Shown piece by piece: positions 17,579 through 26,871 of a DNA stretch of 64,000 nucleotides. The notes beneath the pieces were generated by a model. That model had not been told where the DNA came from, ran no database searches, and saw only the letters and a program-made list of their open reading frames with translations. The position numbers and the translations under genes were made by a program. The stretch covers positions 5,258 to 69,257 of the forward strand of contig JAFZZR010000005.1 of the NCBI GenBank assembly GCA_017615635.1. The letters are read 5' to 3'. The DNA comes from Lentisphaeria bacterium (GTDB lineage Bacteria > Verrucomicrobiota > Lentisphaeria > Victivallales > UBA1829). Numbering within the stretch: position 1 is the first letter of the stretch; each line of letters begins with the position of its first letter.

Positions 17579-18534
17579 TCCTTCGCCTCCTTTCCGGCTT
17601 CGCCTCCGTTATCCTGTTCTATTTTTTCGAAGAAGAAATCCTCCAGGGATTCCCACTGTTCCACAACTTCCACTTTGCCCGCGTGCTTTTCCTTCAGTTC
17701 CTGCAGACGTTTTTCCGAATCCGGCGTCTTTTCGAATGTCAGTTCCCATTCATGCGGGCCTTTTTTCTGGCATTCCTTCGCTTCGGGAAGCAGATCGCGG
17801 ACCAGATCGTCTCCATCGGTCAGCCGGACGGAGATCCCCTGCGAGCCCAGAAGATCGCCCAGCTTGCCGGAGCAGAGAAGACGTCCCCGGTTCAGAATGG
17901 CCGCATGATCGCAGATCTCCTGGACGTCCGCCAGAATGTGACTGCTGAAAAACACCGTGGTGCCCAGCTTGTTCTGCTCGCGGATGATCCTCTTCAGCTC
18001 CTGGCGTCCGTAGGGATCCAGTCCCAGAAGCGGTTCGTCCAGGATCAGAAGGTCGGGTTTGTTGAGGATCGCCTGCGCAACGCCGATGCGCTGAAGCATG
18101 CCGCGGGAGAAGCCGCCCAGCTTGTCATCGGCGGAGGCGGTCATACGGACCGTTTCCAGCACTTCGGGGACCCGTTTTTTCCGTTCCGCCTTGGACATTT
18201 TCAGCAGTTTCGCGCAGACGTTCAGGAATTCCGAAGCGGTCATGAGCCCGTTGAATGCAGGCGCGTCGGGCAGAAAACCGATTCTCCGCCGGACCGAGGG
18301 ATCCCATACCGGCTTGCCCAGGACTTCCGCCGATCCCGAGGTGGGATGAATCAAATCCATCAGCAGTTTGATCGTTGTGGTTTTCCCGGCTCCGTTCGGC
18401 CCGAGAAAACCGAAGACCGCTCCGCGCGGAACGGTAATGGACAGCTGATCCAGAGAAAGATTTTTCTTTTTCCAGAAGAGCACGCCATACCGCTTGGAGA
18501 GGGACTCTGTCTTGATGACGGGGACTTCTTCCAT
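17575..18534 (-). CDS. ABC transporter ATP-binding protein (ABC-2 exporter type) with C-terminal extension
   Basis: It has Walker A GPNGAGKTT, signature FSRGMLQRIGVAQAI and Walker B LLILDEPLLGLD, plus an acidic C-terminal domain of about 90 aa. Confidence 0.9.
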   Translation of the reverse strand: MEEVPVIKTESLSKRYGVLFWKKKNLSLDQLSITVPRGAVFGFLGPNGAGKTTTIKLLMDLIHPTSGSAEVLGKPVWDPSVRRRIGFLPDAPAFNGLMTASEFLNVCAKLLKMSKAERKKRVPEVLETVRMTASADDKLGGFSRGMLQRIGVAQAILNKPDLLILDEPLLGLDPYGRQELKRIIREQNKLGTTVFFSSHILADVQEICDHAAILNRGRLLCSGKLGDLLGSQGISVRLTDGDDLVRDLLPEAKECQKKGPHEWELTFEKTPDSEKRLQELKEKHAGKVEVVEQWESLEDFFFEKIEQDNGGEAGKEAKE

Positions 18535-18564
18535 GTTCGATCCTTTCGTGAGTTTGACAATGGT

Positions 18565-19689
18565 TCAGGGGACGAGGCGGCCCGAATCCAGCGAATAAAC
18601 CTCCTGGCCGAATTCCCGGTAGATCTCCCGCGCCGCGAGGAACACCCGGGAAACGGATTCCGTGGTGCCCACGGTGATCCGCACCCATTTTCCGGTCACG
18701 GGACCCGGGAAATAACGGACCAGGATGTTCCGTTTTCTCAACTCTTCGAAGAAACGTCTGCCGTCGCCGTCCGGCGGCGAAGCAAACAAGAAATTGGTTT
18801 CCGATTCCACCGCCCGGAACCCCAGGTCGTACAGTCCCAGTGTGAGCATTTCCCTGGCCAGGCGGATCTTCGCCACGCAGTCGGCAAAATAGGCGGGATC
18901 CTTCAGCGAGGCCAGCGCCAGGACCTGCGTGAGCATGGAGACGTTGTAGGAGTCCTTCATCTTCATCAGGCCCTCGATGATCTTCGGATGCGCCAGAGCG
19001 AACCCGAAGCGGAGTCCTGCCAGATTCCGGCTCTTGGAGAACGTGCGGCAGACGATGACGTTGGGGAAACGGGAAACGAAGTCCGCGCAATTGTCGGATG
19101 CAAAGTCGGCATACGCTTCATCGATCAGCACGATCCCCTGGAAATTCCGGCAGATCTCCGCCAGGATCGTCCGGGAGCAGCTGTTCCCCGTGGGCGCATT
19201 GGGGCGCGCAATGAGGAGAAGGTTCGCACGGGCCGCACGCGCAGGCAGATCCACCGGCAGGGAAAAATCCTCGGCCAGCGGGATCCGGATGCACTCCGTG
19301 CCCTGGAGTCCGCACAGAGTCGGATAGAGCGAATATGAGGGATCCAGGCACGCGGCAGGCCGTTCCGAATCGCAGAAACAGCGGATCGCAATGTTCAGGA
19401 TATCGTCCGATCCGTTTCCCGTGATCACGCAGTCCGCCGGAAGTCCGAACATCCCGCCGATATACTCCCGGAGCTCCTGGGCCATGGGATCGGGATAGAG
19501 CCGGAGCCGGGCGACGTCGAAGGAGCCGAACGCCTCCCTCACGCCGGGGGAGGGCGGATAGGGACTTTCGTTGGTATTGAGCTTCAGCAGACCGGCGACC
19601 TTCGGCTGTTCACCCGGCGTGTATCCGCTCATGGCATCGATTTCCGGCCGGAAATAGGAGACGTATTCCTCTGCAGGATTCGAATTCAT
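18565..19689 (-). CDS. hisC: histidinol-phosphate aminotransferase
   Basis: It has class-II aminotransferase motifs (YPDP...GNGSDD; PLP-lysine motif RTFSKSRNLAGLRFGFA). ATG at 19689 forms an ATGA overlap with the hisD stop. The track start at 19770 was rejected. Confidence 0.9.
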   Translation of the reverse strand: MNSNPAEEYVSYFRPEIDAMSGYTPGEQPKVAGLLKLNTNESPYPPSPGVREAFGSFDVARLRLYPDPMAQELREYIGGMFGLPADCVITGNGSDDILNIAIRCFCDSERPAACLDPSYSLYPTLCGLQGTECIRIPLAEDFSLPVDLPARAARANLLLIARPNAPTGNSCSRTILAEICRNFQGIVLIDEAYADFASDNCADFVSRFPNVIVCRTFSKSRNLAGLRFGFALAHPKIIEGLMKMKDSYNVSMLTQVLALASLKDPAYFADCVAKIRLAREMLTLGLYDLGFRAVESETNFLFASPPDGDGRRFFEELRKRNILVRYFPGPVTGKWVRITVGTTESVSRVFLAAREIYREFGQEVYSLDSGRLVP

Positions 19690-20984
19690 GATCCTTTCCT
19701 CCTCCGGATCGAGGCACTCCGCGCATGGGCGTCGAGACCCTCCAGCTCCGCCATGGTCTCCATGGCCCAAATTTCCCGGCGGAGCGCCTCCCGGGTATAC
19801 CGGAGCACGCTGCTGCGCCGCATGAAGTCCGAACAGGTCAGTCCGTGGAAGAATTTCGCCGTACCGCCTGTGGGCAGAACGTGACTGGGGCCGGCCGTGA
19901 AGTCGCCCGCGGGTTCCGGGGTCCAGTCACCCAGGAAAATGGCGCCGGCCGCATGGATCTTCTTTGCCAGACGTTCCGGACGGGCGCACTGGATTTCCAG
20001 ATGTTCCGGAGCATATTCGCCGGCCAGTTCCGCCGCATCGTTCATATCGCGGACCTGGATCAGGGCCACGCCGTTTTCCAGGACCTTCCGGAGCGGACCC
20101 TGCCTCTTCAGCGATTCCGCCTGCGCCAGGATCTCCTCTTTTGCTTTTTTCAGGAATGCGGCATCATCCGAAGCCAGAACGGCACGCTCCAGTCCGCTGC
20201 CGTGCTCCGCCTGCGAAAGAATGTCCGCCGCGGCGAAGGCGGGATTCGCCCGTCCGTCGGCAATGACCATGATCTCCGAGGGGCCCGCCACCATATCCAC
20301 CGCCGTCTGTCCGTACAGAAGTTTCTTTGCCGCGGCCACATACGCGTTTCCGGGTCCGGCAATCAGTTCCGCTTTCCGAATGGTCTTCGTTCCGAAAGCG
20401 AGAGCGGCCACCGCGTAGGCGCCGCCCATCTTCCAGATCTCATCCGCGCCCGCCGCATGGAGTGCGTAGAGCGTCTTCGGATTGATTTTTCCGTTTTTCA
20501 TGGGCGGAGTCATGGCCGCCACCGAGGGAACGCCGGCCGCTTTCGCCACGCCGACCGTATGGATCGCCGTGGAGACCAGGGGCGCGGTGCCGCCGGGCAC
20601 GTAGCAGGCCACGCGTTCCATGGGACGGAACTGTTCGCCCAGAACGACGCCGGGCCGCGGACGGAACGTCCAGGATTCCGGTTTCGTCCGGAGGGCGAAT
20701 TCGCGGATATGACGAAGCGCCAGCTTGATGGCTCTCCGTTCTCCGGGCAGGATCTGTGCCTCGGCTTCCCGGATCTCCTGTTCCGTGACGCGGAAACGGG
20801 CGGGCGGGAGTTTCACGCCGTCGAATTTCTCCAGAAATTCCGAAACGGCTTTGTCGCCCCGTTCGGCCACAGCCGCCACGATCTGCCGGACCCGTTCTTC
20901 GATCTCGGCCGGCACGGGCGTCCGCGTACAAAGCGCTTTCCGTTCCCGGTCGTAATTCGCGTCTTTCAGAAAGATAAGTTTCAT
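19686..20984 (-). CDS. hisD: histidinol dehydrogenase
   Basis: Full-length HisD with conserved blocks (YVPGGTAPLVSTAIHTVGVAKAAGV; QAEHG; GDFTAGPSHVLPTGGTA). Confidence 0.93.
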   Translation of the reverse strand: MKLIFLKDANYDRERKALCTRTPVPAEIEERVRQIVAAVAERGDKAVSEFLEKFDGVKLPPARFRVTEQEIREAEAQILPGERRAIKLALRHIREFALRTKPESWTFRPRPGVVLGEQFRPMERVACYVPGGTAPLVSTAIHTVGVAKAAGVPSVAAMTPPMKNGKINPKTLYALHAAGADEIWKMGGAYAVAALAFGTKTIRKAELIAGPGNAYVAAAKKLLYGQTAVDMVAGPSEIMVIADGRANPAFAAADILSQAEHGSGLERAVLASDDAAFLKKAKEEILAQAESLKRQGPLRKVLENGVALIQVRDMNDAAELAGEYAPEHLEIQCARPERLAKKIHAAGAIFLGDWTPEPAGDFTAGPSHVLPTGGTAKFFHGLTCSDFMRRSSVLRYTREALRREIWAMETMAELEGLDAHARSASIRRRKGS

Positions 20985-21024
20985 ATCAGGCTGATTTCCT
21001 TACACACGGTGCCTCGATGGCGCC

Positions 21025-23508
21025 TCAGATATCCAGATCTTTCACTCCGGCGGCATGGCGCTCGATGTATTCTCTGCGGGGCTCCACGGCATCGCCCATG
21101 AGAAGCGTGAAAATGCGTTCCGCCTCCACGGCATCCTCCATGGTCACCTTAATCATCTTCCGCGTTTCCGGATTCATGGTGGTGGACCACAGCTGTTCCG
21201 CGTTCATTTCACCGAGACCTTTGTACCGCTGGATCTTGAGACCTTCGCGTCCGTTGTTCTTGATGGACTCGAACAGTTCCAGCATGGAGTTGACGGTCTC
21301 TTCCTCGCCGGAGGTTTTGCGGCGGATGATGAACAGGGGTTCGGTTCCGTGCAGGACGGTCTTGGGATCGCAGCCGGCGGCCCGGATCTCGTCGCCGAGT
21401 TCCATGCAGTCGCGGGCTTCGAAGAGCTGGATGATGTCGATCGCGGGATGGATCGGCTTCGGAGCTTCGGGATCGGTGCCTTCGGGGAGGATCATGGGCG
21501 GCAGCCGCTTTTCCGCTTCGGCAAGGAGTTCGCTTTCCTCTTCCTTGCTGAAGAGAAGGCTTTCCGTCACGGATCCGTCCGTCTCATGCACGATGACCAG
21601 TTCCGTGGGGAATTTTCCGTCCCGTTCCATGGACATGTACTGATTCGGATCCACACCGTGCCGATGCAGTCCCTGGGTGACCTGCTGCGTCCTCGTGACG
21701 TAGGAGGAGACCTTTGCGATCTCTTCCGCGGAGAGGACTTCGCCGGTCCCGGCCCACTTCACTTCCAGATCCTCGTTGCCGAGGGTGATCAAATACCGGT
21801 CAAGCTGTTCGTCGCTGTCGATGTATCTTTCGTTCTTCTTGCGGGTGACCTTGTAGAGCGGGGGCTTGGCCAGATAGATGTACCCTTTTTCGATGAGGGG
21901 CTTCATCTGCCGGTAGAAGAAGGTGAGCAGGAGCGTGGCGATATGAGAGCCGTCCACATCGGCATCGGTCATGATGACGATCCGGTGATAGCGCAGCTTG
22001 GCTTCGTCGAAATCCTCTTCGCCGATCCCGCAGCCGATGGAAGCGATGAGAGACTGGATCTCCTTGTTCTCCAGAATTTTGTGGATCTGCGCCTTTTCCA
22101 CGTTCAGGATCTTTCCGCGGAGAGGAAGGATCGCCTGGTACTTCGGATCTCTTCCGCCCTTCGCCGTACCGCCGGCGGAGTTCCCTTCCACAATGAAGAT
22201 CTCGGCTTTCGAGGGATCCCGTTCGGCGCAGTCCATGAGCTTGCCCGGCAGGGAGAACCCGTTCAGGGCGCCCTTGCGGACCTGCTCACGGGCCTTTGCG
22301 GCCTGTTCGCGGGCGTGGGAAGCCAGGAGGTTCTTCTCGATGATCATTTTCGCGTCATTGGGATGTTCCTCGAAAAACGTTCCCAATGCGTCGTTGACGA
22401 TGGTTTCCACCACGCCTTTGACCTCGCTGTTGCCCAGCTTGGTCTTGGTCTGCCCCTCGAACTGGGGATCCGGCACTTTGACGCTGATGATGGCGCTGAG
22501 TCCTTCCCTGGTGTCTTCGCCGCGGATCGCCTTGTCGCCCTTCAGCATGTTCTGGGCCTTGGCATAGGCGTTGACGGTCCGGGTGAGCGCACTCTGGAAC
22601 CCGATCAGATGCGTCCCGCCTTCATGCGTGTTGATGTTGTTCGCATAGCTGTAGATCTGCGTCTGATAGTCCGTATTGTACTGCAGCGCCACTTCCACCA
22701 CAAGACCGTTCTTCTCCTTGGTCATGTAGATGACGTCCGGATGCACCAGCTGCTTGTTCGCATTCAGATGCTTGACAAATTCGCAGATGCCGCCTTCGAA
22801 AAAGAAGGATTCCGTCCGAACCGGCTCTTCCCGTTCGTCCGTCAGCGTGATCCGGACACCCCGGTTCAGAAACGCCAGTTCGCGGAGCCGGGCCGCCAGA
22901 CGGTCCCACTTGTAGATCGTGGTCTCCACGAAGATGTCCTTGTCCGGATGGAACGTCACCGTGGTCCCGCGGTCCGAGACGGGATGGAGCGGCGCCAGTT
23001 TGCGGACCGTGACGCCGCGCTCGAACCGGATATTGTAGGACATGCCGCCGCGGTGGACTTCCACCTCCATCCAGTCGGAGAGCGCATTGACGCAGGAAAC
23101 GCCCACGCCGTGGAGTCCGCCGGACACCTTGTAGGAGTTGTGGTCGAATTTGCCGCCGGCATGGAGAACGGTCATCACGACTTCCACGGCCGGGATCCCC
23201 AGATCCTTGTGGATATCCACCGGGACGCCGCGTCCGTCATCCTTCACGGTCACGCTGTTGTCCGGATGGATCGTCACTTCCACATGGGAAGCGTAGCCCG
23301 CCAGAGCTTCGTCGATACTGTTGTCGACGACTTCGTAGACCAGGTGGTGGAGTCCGTTTTCTGCCGTATCGCCGATATACATGGCCGGGCGTTTTCGAAC
23401 GGCTTCCAGCCCTTCCAGAACGGTGATCTTATCCGCGGTATAGGCCGCGGAGTTGTCGGGCTGCTGTGCTGCGTTTTCCGCAGCGGTCGGTTCCATTTCG
23501 TCGGACAT
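21025..23508 (-). CDS. gyrB: DNA gyrase subunit B
   Basis: It has the GHKL ATPase (LEAVRKRPAMYIGDT, GLHHLVYEVVDNSIDE), Toprim (EIFIVEGNSAGG), PLRGKILNVE and DADVDGSHI. ATG at 23508 follows AGGAGAG. An antisense 914-aa ORF is shadow. Confidence 0.95.
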   Translation of the reverse strand: MSDEMEPTAAENAAQQPDNSAAYTADKITVLEGLEAVRKRPAMYIGDTAENGLHHLVYEVVDNSIDEALAGYASHVEVTIHPDNSVTVKDDGRGVPVDIHKDLGIPAVEVVMTVLHAGGKFDHNSYKVSGGLHGVGVSCVNALSDWMEVEVHRGGMSYNIRFERGVTVRKLAPLHPVSDRGTTVTFHPDKDIFVETTIYKWDRLAARLRELAFLNRGVRITLTDEREEPVRTESFFFEGGICEFVKHLNANKQLVHPDVIYMTKEKNGLVVEVALQYNTDYQTQIYSYANNINTHEGGTHLIGFQSALTRTVNAYAKAQNMLKGDKAIRGEDTREGLSAIISVKVPDPQFEGQTKTKLGNSEVKGVVETIVNDALGTFFEEHPNDAKMIIEKNLLASHAREQAAKAREQVRKGALNGFSLPGKLMDCAERDPSKAEIFIVEGNSAGGTAKGGRDPKYQAILPLRGKILNVEKAQIHKILENKEIQSLIASIGCGIGEEDFDEAKLRYHRIVIMTDADVDGSHIATLLLTFFYRQMKPLIEKGYIYLAKPPLYKVTRKKNERYIDSDEQLDRYLITLGNEDLEVKWAGTGEVLSAEEIAKVSSYVTRTQQVTQGLHRHGVDPNQYMSMERDGKFPTELVIVHETDGSVTESLLFSKEEESELLAEAEKRLPPMILPEGTDPEAPKPIHPAIDIIQLFEARDCMELGDEIRAAGCDPKTVLHGTEPLFIIRRKTSGEEETVNSMLELFESIKNNGREGLKIQRYKGLGEMNAEQLWSTTMNPETRKMIKVTMEDAVEAERIFTLLMGDAVEPRREYIERHAAGVKDLDI

Positions 23509-23786
23509 CTCTGCTACTCTCCTGAAATTTATTCCATTGAAGGAAAAATTGAAACTCAAATCCGGTCAGCCGGAACGGTCCGGCCTTTTACTGGTAATGT
23601 AGCATGCGCGCGAGAAAAATCAAAGGGAGAGAACCCGGAACTTTCGATTTTTTTGCCTTTTTGTGGAAAAAAAACGGCAACAGAGCGGAAACGACCGGAA
23701 GGAAGACGAGTACCGGAACTCCCGGCAGTTTTTCCGGCGTCCCGCAAAAGTGTGAGACGCAGATGTTTCCGGATCCGGATCTTATT

Positions 23787-23808
23787 GGGGCAGGGCTGAT
23801 CCTGCCCC
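23787..23808 (-). terminator. GC-rich hairpin immediately 3' of the 1015-aa gene stop (no U-tract)
   Basis: GGGGCAGG-gctgat-CCTGCCCC is a perfect 8-bp stem starting 1 nt after the stop codon. It lacks a following T/U run, so it is either a factor-dependent terminator or an mRNA-stabilising hairpin. Confidence 0.3.
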
Positions 23809-23809
23809 G

Positions 23810-26800
23810 TTACCTGTCCTTGAAAAACTTCAGACTGTAACTCATCTTCCAGGTCGCAGCCTTGTGCGGATCGTTGTCCGGATAGGCGTCCGGCCAGATC
23901 ATTTCCAGCGAAGCGGACCCTTTGTCCCGCCAGACAAACAGCTGATCCACGTCGGGCGCGGAAAGTTCGATCCTGTATTGCCCGTTGATCGGACGGACTG
24001 CGAAAGTATCGCCCTTCAGCAGTCCGGGCTCCTTCTTGAGCCATTCCGAAAGAAACGGTTTGCCGCCTGGAAGTTTCGCTCCATCGCGGAGGAAGGCAAT
24101 ATGGCCGAGACTTCTGTCCGTGATTTCCCCCACCGTTACTTCCGAGGCCGGATCTTCGGGAAGCGCCGGCAGCGGCATGATGAAGTTGTTGACGTCCCGC
24201 AGCCGGAACGGACGGTAGCCGCCTTCCGGAACGATCTCGATATACGCCTTGATCTCCGGAGTATCTCTGGACAGCGTGTACTCCCGGCGGATGCGCAGTC
24301 CGGTGTAGGGCGGTTCCTGGATCACGAAGGAAAAACGGACCTTGACACTTTCCCGGTCAAACGAGAGGTCTTCGATGGCTATATCCCGTTTCCCCAGCTC
24401 GAAAGCACCCTGATCCATGAAAACGCCACGGCCGACAATGTTTGCCATGACATCTTTCCCCGCCTTCCAGACGCCTTCACCGGAATTCTTCAGATCCAGT
24501 TCCAGCGAATGGACCGGAGTGGTGATCACGTATTTATCCGGCGTTTTCATATAGCTCATTCCGTACTTGCTGCCGGACGAGGTGGTTTTACGGTAGTTTT
24601 CAATGGCGGTCTCCTCTTCCTTCGCATAATCGGGGAGGTCGGCGGAGGCTTCTTTCTTTTCCGGCGAAAACTCCAGCAGCTGATACGCCAGCGGCGCCAG
24701 TTTCAGCGTCAGTTTTCCTTCCCGTACCGGAAGGACTTCGCCTGTGAAGAGATCGGTAACGCTGCCTGTGCCGGGATCACAGAGTGGATGAAGGAAAATC
24801 GTCTCCCTCTGGTCGTTGTTGAAGATCAGAGACCAGCTCCGGCCGTCGGCGGCCTTCCGTTCCAGTGCGTAGTATCGTCCGGCGGCGTTGAACCCTTCCC
24901 GGATCTCACGGGTGTTCCGGACCAGTTTTCCCTGGTTCCAGTGCGGTTCGCCCAGCGCAATGAAATTCATTGTCTTGCGCATTTCGCTGACCTGTTCGCC
25001 GTTGGAAATGAAAAGGCCCTGCGCAATGCCGGGAAAATCCTCTTCTCCGGCGCAGAATGCCGCCGCCAGATACTGCATTCCCAGCAGCGGCGCCGAATAC
25101 GGCTTGTTCCAGCCGTTTTGGATCAGGGTGTATTTCGGCTTTTTCAGTTCCAGTGCTTCCCGTTCCAGACTGCGGAAAAAGTCCAGATTGCTCCAGTAGT
25201 TCATGGTTTCGAAACGGTCTGCAAAATCGTCAAACAGGCGGGATCGGCCCCCGTAGGCTTCCTCGTATTCTTCCTCCGTTTCTTTGCGGGGCGCAATTTG
25301 AACGGAACAGAACCCGAAGGCGGCATCCGGATTGATTTTTTTAACTGCTTCCACCACGGTCCGCACCGAGGCGGCCCGCTGACGACACCGGAAATCCACC
25401 CAGGCCCGGCGGTGTTTCTTCAGGATTTCCTCCCCCGTCAGATTTTCCGGCAGACCGTTCTCCTTTGCGAACGCCTTAATGCAATCCCGGCAGAAGCAGC
25501 TCGTCGTGACAGGCCCGATAACATACGGCTCGTAGTCCCAGGTGATGTAGCTTGCCTTTTTCAGGAGATTATAAAATTTTTTGCTCGAGGCCAATGATTT
25601 CCGGAGAAAATCCGGCCCGGCGGCCGCAAAGGCGCTGTCGCAGTAAAGCGGCACGGGCGCTCCGGAGGGATCTACCGCCTGCGGAAGATCCAGTATTTTC
25701 GGATTCCAGCTGTAAGGAATGCGCCAGTTAAGTTCCACATACGGCAGGTCAACCCAGCCCGATCTTTCCCAGTACTCTTTCAGCCGGATCCCCAGCGTGT
25801 TTTCCGGATCGGCGGCGTCGATCTGCGTCACCGGCATGGACTGCCAGGAGAAATACCGCCTTTTTCCCGGCAGTTTTCCTCCCGGATATCCGGAAATCTG
25901 TTTCACGGGGACCGTGAAGCTGATCTTCTTCCCTCCGTATTCGAAGTCCATCCCAATCGCGAACTCATCCGGGACCTGGTTCTCCGCGCAGAAGATCAGG
26001 CTGCCGCCCCAGGCTGCCCAGTCGTATTCCCTGCCGATCAGATACCGGTTCTCCTCGCCGGGAATTCTGACCAGTTTATCTGTTCCCCGTTTCATCATGT
26101 ACAGTTCGCACGACACCCCTTCTGGCGCAGTAATGGTCATGACGATGTCCCGGCGCGGCATGGTTTTGGAATTGAGCCGGAAGAAACCGACCCCGTCTTT
26201 TTCCAGCATGTACGGCGTTCCGGGCGGGAATCCCGTGAACCTCTCCTGAAACGGCTGATCCGGAAGAATGGCGTCATTCGCTTTCGGTCCGGGTGGCGGC
26301 ACGGCCTTCTGCCCCGTGTATTCGGTCAGTTCCGGATTCCGGAAATACATGGCCCGGTCCTCTCCCGGTTTTCGGGACAGATTGTACACGCACAGAAAAA
26401 TCGTCAGTTTCCGTGCTTCGGGGATCGAGCCCAGCGGGATGATGAATCCGGTCTGTATCCACTCTTTCTGCGGACCTCTGTAGCCTTGCAGCAAAGGACG
26501 GTGCACAACCAGTTTCTTTCCGTTTTCATCCAGCACCGAATACAATATCTCCGCCGGATGATCCAGCTGATCCGACTTCATGTCGATGGCAAAATAGTAG
26601 CTTTTGCCCGGTATCACATTGACTGTCTGGTAGAGCGAACTGTTGTAGTTGGCCGTTTTTTCGCTGATCCGGACGATCCCGTTCTCTGTTTTGTAGGCCT
26701 CTCTTGCGCCCTCCCAGGAGGCGCCGCCCCAGTGATCCGGGAGGAATCCGGTCCCACTGGCAAATTCCGGATTGCAAAACAGATTTTCTTCGCCCTGAAG

Positions 26801-26857
26801 GCTTGCTGCGGCGGCGGAAAGAATCAGCAGCCCGGCTATTGCTTTTTTGATATTCAT
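23810..26857 (-). CDS. secreted 1015-aa putative glycan-active enzyme: N-terminal CBM4_9-like module plus CxCxxC-containing catalytic-like region
   Basis: It has a signal peptide (MNIKKAIAGLLILSAAAASLQG). The CBM-like start is NLFCNPEFASG...WGGASWEG...YYFAIDMKSD. An internal SCFCRDCIKAF motif resembles the two DUF4838-like proteins in the window. Confidence 0.7.
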   Translation of the reverse strand: MNIKKAIAGLLILSAAAASLQGEENLFCNPEFASGTGFLPDHWGGASWEGAREAYKTENGIVRISEKTANYNSSLYQTVNVIPGKSYYFAIDMKSDQLDHPAEILYSVLDENGKKLVVHRPLLQGYRGPQKEWIQTGFIIPLGSIPEARKLTIFLCVYNLSRKPGEDRAMYFRNPELTEYTGQKAVPPPGPKANDAILPDQPFQERFTGFPPGTPYMLEKDGVGFFRLNSKTMPRRDIVMTITAPEGVSCELYMMKRGTDKLVRIPGEENRYLIGREYDWAAWGGSLIFCAENQVPDEFAIGMDFEYGGKKISFTVPVKQISGYPGGKLPGKRRYFSWQSMPVTQIDAADPENTLGIRLKEYWERSGWVDLPYVELNWRIPYSWNPKILDLPQAVDPSGAPVPLYCDSAFAAAGPDFLRKSLASSKKFYNLLKKASYITWDYEPYVIGPVTTSCFCRDCIKAFAKENGLPENLTGEEILKKHRRAWVDFRCRQRAASVRTVVEAVKKINPDAAFGFCSVQIAPRKETEEEYEEAYGGRSRLFDDFADRFETMNYWSNLDFFRSLEREALELKKPKYTLIQNGWNKPYSAPLLGMQYLAAAFCAGEEDFPGIAQGLFISNGEQVSEMRKTMNFIALGEPHWNQGKLVRNTREIREGFNAAGRYYALERKAADGRSWSLIFNNDQRETIFLHPLCDPGTGSVTDLFTGEVLPVREGKLTLKLAPLAYQLLEFSPEKKEASADLPDYAKEEETAIENYRKTTSSGSKYGMSYMKTPDKYVITTPVHSLELDLKNSGEGVWKAGKDVMANIVGRGVFMDQGAFELGKRDIAIEDLSFDRESVKVRFSFVIQEPPYTGLRIRREYTLSRDTPEIKAYIEIVPEGGYRPFRLRDVNNFIMPLPALPEDPASEVTVGEITDRSLGHIAFLRDGAKLPGGKPFLSEWLKKEPGLLKGDTFAVRPINGQYRIELSAPDVDQLFVWRDKGSASLEMIWPDAYPDNDPHKAATWKMSYSLKFFKDR

Positions 26858-26871
26858 CTAAAAACTCTCCG

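Noticed and set aside
21055-23799. Very long ORFs antisense to recognised genes. Examples: 21055..23799 (914 aa, opposite gyrB), 54172..57480 (1102 aa), 57824..60403 (859 aa), 28724..30970 (748 aa, opposite fabF/fabH), 32889..35027, 6999..8930, 17368..19338, 15375..16943, 978..2672, 2703..3983, 38279..39613, 45869..47281, 47164..48822 and 23864..25597.
   Set aside because: Their translations are R/G/P/H/D-rich and low-complexity with no recognisable motifs. The opposite strand in every case encodes a protein with clear family signatures or balanced composition. Stop-poor antisense frames are expected at this GC content.
21025-23800. Possible replication origin near gyrB, or at the AT-rich stretch 38101-38180.
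   Set aside because: No dnaA/dnaN/recF genes are present and there is no cluster of DnaA boxes. I saw only isolated near-matches such as TGTGGATAC at about 49556. AT-richness at 38101-38180 is better explained as a divergent promoter/operator region.
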